DNA of 12,956 nucleotides from the IMG/VR virus record IMGVR_UViG_2531839252_000007, one strand, 5' to 3'. A program made the translations under genes and the position numbers. The number at the start of each line of letters is the position of its first letter. Position 1 is the stretch's first letter. This DNA is from a virus. Taxonomy: Duplodnaviria; Heunggongvirae; Uroviricota; Caudoviricetes. Shown one piece after another: positions 6,667 to 12,956 of this stretch. A model generated the notes under the pieces. It did no database searches. It saw only the letters and a list, made by a program, of their open reading frames with translations, and was not told the origin of the DNA.

Positions 6667-7485
6667 ATGAGTGGTTTTGTTTTTCCTTTCGAGTTTCAAC
6701 CAGTGCCAGAGGCATTGGCAATCCTGAACGACATGGATATTGCTCCCTTTGAAATAACCGAAAAACACCTAGAAAGCTGGTGGGCGGAGGGGAAAATTCA
6801 ACTGTGCTTTAACTGGGGTAGATTCTGGAAAGCTGGCTTAGCCGACGAACTGGCAAAAACAGAAGGCTACGCAGAATTAGGGGCGAAAGAAAAGATCACT
6901 GCGCTCAATGCTGTATCCGCTTCCCCCGAGGCTAACATCAGTCTTGTCGTGCCATCTTACAGCGATTTAAGTTTTATCTGGCGCGGGCATAGCGACGATC
7001 CACTCCCCTGTATCGAGGCCAAACCCTACGGGCTTGATCAACCTTTTGTTATCAAACGCGTTCCTCACACCTGCGAGGACTATTGCGATTACGGTACGCA
7101 GCATTGGGAAAAACTTTACCATTCGCTGCACATTTCGAGTATGGTGCTGCCGCGTGCTGAAGCTGAAAAAATTTATTATCTCTGCAACCCTACAGCTATT
7201 CCAGGCATGGACGAAAAGACGGCATCTGCAGTATCTGCGAAAACGGTTAACTATCTGGCCACTGCTTTAAAAGCTTTTATTCACATCCATTACGGGGCTG
7301 ATGTGGCGGACAACCTGCGCAAACATCTTGAGGATCCCACCAGTGATATACGGAAAGACTTTGCGAATAAAGGGATCAAAGCGCCAGGTGGAAAAGCGCT
7401 GGCCAGCCATCTGAAAAATATTCTGATTGAAGTTTTACCCGCGCTCGACAACGTCGATGTGGAGAGTGACGCTGGTAATACATAA
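6667..7485 (+). CDS. Hypothetical protein (272 aa), divergent from the minus-strand operon
   Basis: Coding-like ORF with AAGG about 9 nt upstream of the ATG. Contains a Cys/His-rich patch HTCEDYCDYGTQHWEKLYHSLH. No recognisable family. Confidence 0.7.
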   Translation: MSGFVFPFEFQPVPEALAILNDMDIAPFEITEKHLESWWAEGKIQLCFNWGRFWKAGLADELAKTEGYAELGAKEKITALNAVSASPEANISLVVPSYSDLSFIWRGHSDDPLPCIEAKPYGLDQPFVIKRVPHTCEDYCDYGTQHWEKLYHSLHISSMVLPRAEAEKIYYLCNPTAIPGMDEKTASAVSAKTVNYLATALKAFIHIHYGADVADNLRKHLEDPTSDIRKDFANKGIKAPGGKALASHLKNILIEVLPALDNVDVESDAGNT

Positions 7486-7547
7486 CCCCGGAACATTCCA
7501 TATATTCCGACGCATTAGAATATTCCAGAGCCCATCACCATAACCTT

Positions 7548-7581
7548 GCGATTACCTTCTCACTCAATAGCAGGTAATCGC
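7548..7581 (+). promoter_or_regulatory. Inverted repeat GCGATTACC/GGTAATCGC overlapping the alpA ribosome-binding site
   Basis: 9-bp arms at 7548-7556 and 7573-7581 with a 16-nt spacer. The right arm ends at the base before the alpA ATG. Three TATTCC-like repeats lie upstream at 7494-7526. Confidence 0.4.
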
Positions 7582-7794
7582 ATGAAATCGCAAACTTTCA
7601 CCTTTCCCACCAATGGCAACGCACGAGCCAAACAAGTGGCGCACTATCTTGGAGTGCATATCAGCACCGTATGGCGCTATGCAAAACGTCCTGATTTTCC
7701 AAAACCCCACCAGTTAACCGACGGCGTGACCGTCTTTGACGCCGCAGCTATTCGCCAATGGAACAAGCAAAAAACCGGGGGTGAGAATGCTTAA
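7582..7794 (+). CDS. alpA: AlpA-family (P4 Vis / CP4-57 AlpA-like) small HTH regulator or excisionase
   Basis: 70-aa product MKSQTFTF...VAHYLGVHISTVWRYAKRPDFPKPHQLTDGVTVFDAAAIRQWNKQ matches the AlpA/Xis-type pattern (LGVs.sTvWR...FP.P...W...I..W). An in-frame start also exists at 7546. Confidence 0.85.
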   Translation: MKSQTFTFPTNGNARAKQVAHYLGVHISTVWRYAKRPDFPKPHQLTDGVTVFDAAAIRQWNKQKTGGENA

Positions 7795-7848
7795 CGCGAC
7801 CGTGAGCACACCCTGCACGACAGCCGTTCGATCTCCATTGTTGGCGGG

Positions 7849-8043
7849 TCAGGCTTTCGGCTCAATACCCAGCCGCTGGAGTTCTTTGCGCCCCAAGGTT
7901 TTCATCCAATTAGCTAAACTCATACCTGCATCTCGTGCGGCGGCCTCGAATTGCTCTTTCAATTCTGGGGCGATCCTCACTTGGAAAGCTGGTGCCTTTC
8001 CCCTGCCTTTGGGCTGTTTATCACGCTGTATTACTGTTGACAT
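7849..8043 (-). CDS. Ribbon-helix-helix (CopG/Arc-like) small DNA-binding protein, likely repressor
   Basis: 64-aa product from M18 of the track ORF; the upstream AGG gives a better ribosome-binding site than the 8094 start. FQVRIAPELKEQFEAAARDAGMSLANWMKTLGRKEL fits a strand-helix-helix pattern. Divergent from the replication operon. Confidence 0.6.
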   Translation of the reverse strand: MSTVIQRDKQPKGRGKAPAFQVRIAPELKEQFEAAARDAGMSLANWMKTLGRKELQRLGIEPKA

Positions 8044-8177
8044 GTATGTACCTATTAAACTAAGATTCAAATCAATAGGTACGCACCTTAACATGTTAAG
8101 GTCAGAAAAGACAACGCCCCGTATGTGTTGCGAGCACTACGGGGCGTCTAACCAACAACGTTACGGAGACTAACGCT
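8044..8177. promoter_or_regulatory. Densely structured control region between the RHH gene and the replication operon
   Basis: Inverted repeat GTACCTATT/AATAGGTAC (8048-8056 / 8074-8082). Perfect 16-bp palindrome CCTTAACATGTTAAGG (8086-8101). GC-rich inverted repeat ACGCCCCGTA/TACGGGGCGT (8114-8123 / 8138-8147). Confidence 0.5.
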
Positions 8178-8378
8178 ATGGCTAAGCCGCAGTGTACCCA
8201 AACTCACCCCAAATATCAGTATCGTTTTATGGCGCTCGATCGCGCTGACCGCCAGGCAAAACCCTGCAAAATCATTGTTGAGGCCACCAGCGAGCACGAA
8301 GCGCGTAAAGTGCTGGCTCCTCACTACATCCTGTCACTGTCCGCCGTTTTGCCAGTTCAGGAGGTGAGCCATGTTTAA
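8178..8378 (+). CDS. Small hypothetical protein (66 aa), first gene of replication-module operon
   Basis: GGAGA Shine-Dalgarno 9 nt upstream. The operon is tightly packed. Confidence 0.65.
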   Translation: MAKPQCTQTHPKYQYRFMALDRADRQAKPCKIIVEATSEHEARKVLAPHYILSLSAVLPVQEVSHV

Positions 8379-8565
8379 CGTCATTGTCACGGTCACCTAT
8401 CACTTTTCGGGAACGATCCGTCGTTTTGCTATTCCGGAACGTTTCAATAATCGTGAGCTCGCAGAGAAAGCAGCGCAGCAGTTAACCCATACCAGCTATC
8501 TGGATGATGGAGTGAGCAGAATTGTGACCCACGCGGCGGAAGTAGTGGAGGTGCGCCATGTATGA
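8371..8565 (+). CDS. Small hypothetical protein (64 aa)
   Basis: AGGAGG Shine-Dalgarno 6 nt upstream. Start overlaps the upstream stop by 8 nt. Confidence 0.7.
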   Translation: MFNVIVTVTYHFSGTIRRFAIPERFNNRELAEKAAQQLTHTSYLDDGVSRIVTHAAEVVEVRHV

Positions 8566-8746
8566 CGCCTACCTGAACCCAAAGGACGCACTCCGTCCGA
8601 TCGCCGTTGCACTCGAGGCTGTGCAGTTTATCGCGCTTGACCCGGAGAATACCGATTTAGCCCATGAGCTGATCGCCTGGGCACTTGAAACAGCCGCGCG
8701 TGCCTCAGCTGCGCAACGTAACCCCCCGGAGGGTAAAAATGCTTAA
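8558..8746 (+). CDS. Small hypothetical protein (62 aa)
   Basis: GGAGGTG Shine-Dalgarno upstream. Start overlaps the upstream stop. Confidence 0.7.
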   Translation: MYDAYLNPKDALRPIAVALEAVQFIALDPENTDLAHELIAWALETAARASAAQRNPPEGKNA

Positions 8747-9047
8747 TCTCAATACATGGAATCTTTTCACGCTGCCGCTGAACGGTGGCGCAGCTGAGAC
8801 AGCGCCGGACGATCTGCGTCTGCTGGCCGCTGTGGGGGACGAGGCTCGCAACGACTACCTGCGCGGTGTAAGCGCCATCGGCAATCTGATCTTCTGGGCA
8901 TGTGATAACCCCAACTACACCGACCATAAAGCTGACCTGCCAGCGCTGGGCGCATTCCTGAAACATACCGCTGATATGGCGCGCGCTGCCGAATTCATGG
9001 CGGGACATCTGGACTCACTGGCTGACGGCAAAGAGGGAGGCAAATAA
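8739..9047 (+). CDS. Hypothetical protein (102 aa)
   Basis: Trimmed from track ORF 8685-9047 to the ATG at 8739, which has a GGAGGG Shine-Dalgarno and overlaps the upstream stop. Confidence 0.6.
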   Translation: MLNLNTWNLFTLPLNGGAAETAPDDLRLLAAVGDEARNDYLRGVSAIGNLIFWACDNPNYTDHKADLPALGAFLKHTADMARAAEFMAGHLDSLADGKEGGK

Positions 9048-9268
9048 TGCCACGCAAACATCGCTCATCAAGCAACCTGATCAAATTAATGGAACGCCAG
9101 AAAGGTATAGGGCGCGACGATATCCAGATCGCAGATAATCGCCCTACATTCATGCCGTACGAGCCGAACGGAACCTACGCCACAAACCGCCATACCCGCC
9201 GTATGCTACGCAAGCTCCACGGCATCCAGGCAAAAAGAATGTGTGATCTGAAAGGAGGTCAGAAATGA
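9047..9268 (+). CDS. Small basic hypothetical protein (73 aa)
   Basis: AGGGAGG Shine-Dalgarno upstream. TAATG start/stop overlap with the upstream gene and ATGA overlap with the primase gene. Confidence 0.65.
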   Translation: MPRKHRSSSNLIKLMERQKGIGRDDIQIADNRPTFMPYEPNGTYATNRHTRRMLRKLHGIQAKRMCDLKGGQK

Positions 9269-11679
9269 TTGGATTCGATCACCTGATGGAGCAGGGGCAG
9301 AAACGCACCCCTGCTCGTTTTACTGCAAATAGCTTTTCTGACCTGTGCAACGCTATTCTATCGCATCGTGTGCAAATTTCCATCACCCCAGAAATGACAG
9401 ATGAAGAGCGACGTAAGGAAAAGCAGAAACTGTACTGGTTCTCGGCAACTACCCAGCAGGACGGGCAGCGACGTAAACCCGAAAACATGGCACCGTGTGC
9501 TTTCGGTATGCTGGACATTGACGGCAGCACTCCCGGTGCAATCACAGCACTTGTACAGGTGTTCCGGCGATACTCAATGCTGGTGTACCAGACGGCCAGC
9601 TATACGGCGGATGAACCTCGTCTGCGTATTGTGTGCGAGCTTTCCCGAGCGGTTGAATCTGACTACCGCCGAGCGACAGGCGAATCCATAGAAACTTTGT
9701 TGATGCAGGAGGCTGGATTCTCATTCGCCAGCCTGGCGGATAAGAAAGCACGCTGGGAGAACGGCAGCGATTATGTTGTCTTTGACCGCAATGTATACGG
9801 CGCTCAAAGCTATTGCTACTGTCCACACTCTGGAGCGAAAGCCCAGAATTACGCGGGCGCGGTAATCGACGTAGGGGCGTTACCGGAACCCGCCCAGCTA
9901 CCAGCGAAGGCGGCCAAAAGCAAGGCAAAGAAACAGCGCCAGCGTGACGCCGCGGCGGTAATAGATGCTGATTTTGACGATCTGAGCGCCGGACCGGATA
10001 ACTTCCTTATCGCCGACCTGCGCAGCGCACTCTGGTTTCCCTCCATGCTGCAAAAGGCATGGGACAATGGGGCGTGGATTGAGCAGGGCTACCGCCTTGC
10101 ATCTCTCAAAGGCACCGATTTTGAGGACGACGCGCGGCAGCTGTGGGTCGAGTGGTCATTGACCGCGGCGGATGGCTGGCCTGATGAAGAACTTGATGAA
10201 GTCGCAGCACAACGCTGGGATGGTCTCGCCCCTGACAAAACCAGCTATAAAGCTATTTTTACTGATGCTCAGGCGCAGGGGTGGAATAATCCGAGCACAT
10301 GGCGAGCAAAGGCCGCGTACATTGAGAAAATGGCCCCCAGCACACGCGGTGAACTGCTAGCGCAATATTACGGCAACGTATGCCTGAAAGCTGATGGCAA
10401 CATGGTTTATCACTATACCGGGCAGGGGTGGGAGCACATCGCCGATGCCGAGTTGCGCCGCCAGCTTTCGCATATTTTCAAAGATAACGGGGTCCCCTTT
10501 ACACCGTACGAGGTTAAAAGCGCGATTGAGGCTATGGGAATGCTTCTGCCTTTAATGGGAGAAACTCCTCGTAACCTGATTGGCTTTGCCAACGGCGTTT
10601 ATGATCTCGAGGCGCAGCGATTCCGCCCCCACTGCCCAGACGATTGGCTGACCAGCCATAACGGCGTTGAATACACGCAACCGGTTAAAGGCGAAACCCT
10701 GAAAAACAATGCCCCAAACTTCTGGCGCTGGCTGCATCATTCCGCAGGGGGCGACTTCGACAAAATGGAGAGAATCAAAGCCGCTCTGTATATGGTGCTG
10801 GCAAACCGCTACGACTGGCAACTGTTCATCGAGGTTACCGGTGCTGGTGGCAGTGGTAAAAGCGTGTTCACGGGTATTGCACGTATGCTGACGGGCGAAC
10901 TACACGCCACCAGCGGCACAATGGAGGACATGGACACCGCGCGCGAACGCGCATCTTTTGTCGGCAAAAGCCTGATCACCCTACCCGACCAAGCAACATA
11001 TACGGGTTCCGGGCCGGGTATCAAGGCTATAACGGGCGGCGACGTGGTAAGGATCGACCCAAAGCACGAAAAGCCATTCCATACGGTTATTCGCGCCGTT
11101 GTCATCGCAACAAACAACGAACCTATGCGTTTCACCGAACGACAAGGCGGGATATCGCGGCGCCGGGTTATTTTCCCGTTTAACCATGAAGTGCCGGAGG
11201 CGGAACGTGATCCCCATCTGCTCGATAAAATTAAAGCCGAACTGCCGGTAATCGTCCGTGGTCTGCTGATTGACTTCGAACAGCCAGGCAAAGCCAAATC
11301 GCTACTTATCGCGCAGCGTGATTCAGCGGAAGCGCTGCAGGTGAAGAACGATAACGACCCGATGTATGGCTTTTGCTCTTACCTGCTAGGTTTGCCGAAT
11401 CCCGAGGGCATGTACATGGGCGATGGGCGCATGGCGCGAGAGCCACGCATCTACCTCTATCATGCTTATCTGGCCTATCTGGAAGCCTACGGTTATCAGA
11501 GAACCCCCACCCTGCCAAAGTTCAGCGGAGATTTACGGGACACGCTCAAAGCCTTTGGTATTACTCTGGACAGTAAAAAGAGTAAAAAGGGCAAAAGATA
11601 TAACGTCAATTTGTCTGACAGGGCACAAGAATGGCTGGGAGAAGACGAACTCTCAGCTGTGCCCGACACATTGCAGTAA
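9265..11679 (+). CDS. Replication primase/helicase (N-terminal AEP/prim-pol-like domain, P4-family/D5-like SF3 helicase domain)
   Basis: 804 aa with an AAAGGAGG Shine-Dalgarno. Walker A VTGAGGSGKS at residues 526-533 (nt 10840-10863) sits in the middle, as in P4 alpha and D5-type helicases. N-terminal MLDIDG (nt 9508-9525) is an acidic D-x-D motif consistent with an AEP-type primase. Confidence 0.85.
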   Translation: MIGFDHLMEQGQKRTPARFTANSFSDLCNAILSHRVQISITPEMTDEERRKEKQKLYWFSATTQQDGQRRKPENMAPCAFGMLDIDGSTPGAITALVQVFRRYSMLVYQTASYTADEPRLRIVCELSRAVESDYRRATGESIETLLMQEAGFSFASLADKKARWENGSDYVVFDRNVYGAQSYCYCPHSGAKAQNYAGAVIDVGALPEPAQLPAKAAKSKAKKQRQRDAAAVIDADFDDLSAGPDNFLIADLRSALWFPSMLQKAWDNGAWIEQGYRLASLKGTDFEDDARQLWVEWSLTAADGWPDEELDEVAAQRWDGLAPDKTSYKAIFTDAQAQGWNNPSTWRAKAAYIEKMAPSTRGELLAQYYGNVCLKADGNMVYHYTGQGWEHIADAELRRQLSHIFKDNGVPFTPYEVKSAIEAMGMLLPLMGETPRNLIGFANGVYDLEAQRFRPHCPDDWLTSHNGVEYTQPVKGETLKNNAPNFWRWLHHSAGGDFDKMERIKAALYMVLANRYDWQLFIEVTGAGGSGKSVFTGIARMLTGELHATSGTMEDMDTARERASFVGKSLITLPDQATYTGSGPGIKAITGGDVVRIDPKHEKPFHTVIRAVVIATNNEPMRFTERQGGISRRRVIFPFNHEVPEAERDPHLLDKIKAELPVIVRGLLIDFEQPGKAKSLLIAQRDSAEALQVKNDNDPMYGFCSYLLGLPNPEGMYMGDGRMAREPRIYLYHAYLAYLEAYGYQRTPTLPKFSGDLRDTLKAFGITLDSKKSKKGKRYNVNLSDRAQEWLGEDELSAVPDTLQ

Positions 11680-11700
11680 CTTGTAAAAAATCACCAAGAA

Positions 11701-11722
11701 CCCCGTAAATCGGGGCTTTTGT
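11701..11722 (+). terminator. Rho-independent terminator after the primase/helicase gene
   Basis: CCCCG stem, TAAAT loop, CGGGG stem, then CTTTTGT, starting 22 nt after the stop. Confidence 0.7.
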
Positions 11723-11741
11723 CTATTTATTAGTCTGAAAG

Positions 11742-11852
11742 GGTGAACAGGTGCGCATACCTTAACAAAGCTGTTCACTCTAATAATTTTCTTTAATATC
11801 AGTACACTACCCGCAATAAGTGAACAGATGGACGGGGTGAACACTTCACACC
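11742..11852. repeat. Second iteron cluster (TGTTCACC family); putative crr-like cis replication region
   Basis: GGTGAACA at 11742-11749 and 11836-11843 (perfect reverse complements of TGTTCACC). TGTTCACT at 11772-11779 and AGTGAACA at 11819-11826 (one mismatch each). Degenerate CTTCACACC at 11844-11852. Confidence 0.6.
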
Positions 11853-12338
11853 TATAGCGCGAAATATTTTAATATTTGCAGTTGAATTGCAATCCTTGAA
11901 AACAGAAACGCGTAGCAAAACGTAGAGTGCTGAAAAAATTTTGTTGGGGAGCAGTTCAAACTGCATGAGCAATTTTCAAGCACTCCTCTTTGTCTTGTAC
12001 CCAAGACTGTACCCAATAGAAAAAATAGAAAATAAAAACTCAGCAATAGCAGCGATTGGTGCCACTACTCAACATTCAGATTCATAAGCGACATATCTCC
12101 GTAGGCCGTTGTTAATTACAGCGGCGCTACGCATATAGTTTCGTCCTCATATTTATTTACTCCATACTTTTTCTAATGCATTTTACTTATCACAAAATCA
12201 GAAAAATGCATTCTTACTACAGAAAATAGCAATTTCACATAACTACAAATTATCAATCTATTCTCTCCTTAAAAAATCTCAATCGTGACAATGCGCACAA
12301 ATCGCTACCCTTCCAGACAGATTTTTAGGGAGAGAACC

Positions 12339-12956
12339 ATGCTGTTACACATTTTGTATTTGGTTGGCATTACTGCCGAAGCCATGACGGGGGCGCTGGC
12401 GGCCGGACGACGGCGTATGGATACATTTGGCGTAATTATTATTGCGACCGCCACGGCAATTGGCGGAGGGTCAGTGCGCGATATTCTGCTGGGCCACTAT
12501 CCGCTCGGCTGGGTCAAACACCCGGAATATGTGATTATTGTCGCTACCGCCGCAGTACTCACCACTATCGTTGCTCCTGTAATGCCTTACCTGCGCAAAG
12601 TGTTTCTGGTGCTCGATGCGCTCGGACTGGTGGTCTTTTCTATCATTGGCGCACAGGTTGCACTGGATATGGGACACGGCCCGATCATTGCCGTTGTCGC
12701 AGCTGTGACGACCGGCGTATTTGGCGGCGTTTTGCGCGATATGTTCTGTAAACGCATCCCGCTGGTATTCCAGAAAGAATTGTATGCCGGTGTCTCATTT
12801 GCCTCCGCCGTGCTGTACATCGCGCTGCAACACTATGTTTCTAACCATGATGTGGTAATTATCTCCACCCTGGTATTCGGCTTTTTTGCCCGCTTACTGG
12901 CGCTACGCCTTAAGCTGGGATTACCGGTCTTTTACTACAGCCACGAAGGACACTAA
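12339..12956 (+). CDS. yicG: UPF0126 family inner-membrane protein (YicG/YadS-like); probable host backbone gene
   Basis: 205-aa product from the internal ATG at 12339, which has an AGGGAGAGA Shine-Dalgarno; the track ORF starts earlier at 12285. Highly hydrophobic, with the duplicated GGGSVRD / FGGVLRD motifs typical of UPF0126. The gene symbol is from memory of E. coli YicG and is tentative. Confidence 0.85.
   Translation: MLLHILYLVGITAEAMTGALAAGRRRMDTFGVIIIATATAIGGGSVRDILLGHYPLGWVKHPEYVIIVATAAVLTTIVAPVMPYLRKVFLVLDALGLVVFSIIGAQVALDMGHGPIIAVVAAVTTGVFGGVLRDMFCKRIPLVFQKELYAGVSFASAVLYIALQHYVSNHDVVIISTLVFGFFARLLALRLKLGLPVFYYSHEGH

Noticed and set aside
1761-7485. Cargo genes as P4 late genes (sid, delta, psu) or gop/beta/cII
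   Set aside because: Sizes and sequences do not match what I recall of these proteins; for example there is no Delta-type CxxC zinc-finger protein and no Psu-like N-terminus. This rests on memory only and should be verified by a database search.
7736-8173. 145-aa plus-strand ORF between alpA and the replication operon
   Set aside because: It has a TTG start and a Ser/Pro/Ala/Arg-rich product, and it is antisense to the minus-strand ORF that encodes a convincing ribbon-helix-helix pattern. The RHH gene was preferred.
9279-11576. Multiple 60-160 aa ORFs overlapping the primase/helicase gene on both strands
   Set aside because: All are embedded in the 804-aa gene, which has clear Walker A and primase motifs. 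They are typical spurious frames of a GC-balanced coding region.
11853-12338. Search for a tRNA gene or tRNA 3'-end remnant (attR) in the AT-rich spacer before the yicG-like gene, including the hairpin GCAGTTCAAACTGC at 11951-11964
   Set aside because: No T-arm (GGTTCGAATCC-like) plus acceptor stem-CCA arrangement is present and the hairpin loop length is wrong for a T-loop. The att repeat cannot be defined without the upstream flank.
1-12956. CRISPR arrays, IS elements or transposase genes, rRNA
   Set aside because: No regularly spaced direct repeats with unique spacers, no terminal inverted repeats flanking a transposase-like ORF, and no rRNA-like conserved segments were seen.

Overview
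Almost the whole window reads as one integrated P4-like (satellite-phage / CP4-type cryptic) element on the + strand. It opens with a tyrosine integrase (1-1260), followed by an iteron cluster plus AT-rich tract that looks like a replication origin (1276-1380). A ~6 kb cargo region (1761-7485) follows, then an AlpA-like regulator, a divergent ribbon-helix-helix gene, and a translationally coupled six-gene operon ending in an 804-aa primase/helicase (9265-11679). A terminator and a second cluster of the same iteron (11742-11843) close the element, after which an AT-rich spacer leads to a UPF0126 membrane-protein gene (yicG-like, 12339-12956) that is probably host backbone. The cargo is the interesting part: (i) a four-gene cassette ending in a standalone FtsH-like HEXXH metalloprotease, (ii) a lipoprotein, (iii) a minus-strand two-gene operon of an unknown 239-aa protein plus an XRE-HTH/ImmA-IrrE (M78) peptidase fusion, and (iv) a divergent orphan 272-aa gene. 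None of the cargo proteins match a characterised system I can recognise from sequence alone; they are candidates only. No tRNA, rRNA, CRISPR array or IS element was seen. All coordinates were hand-indexed, so small motifs may be off by a base or two.
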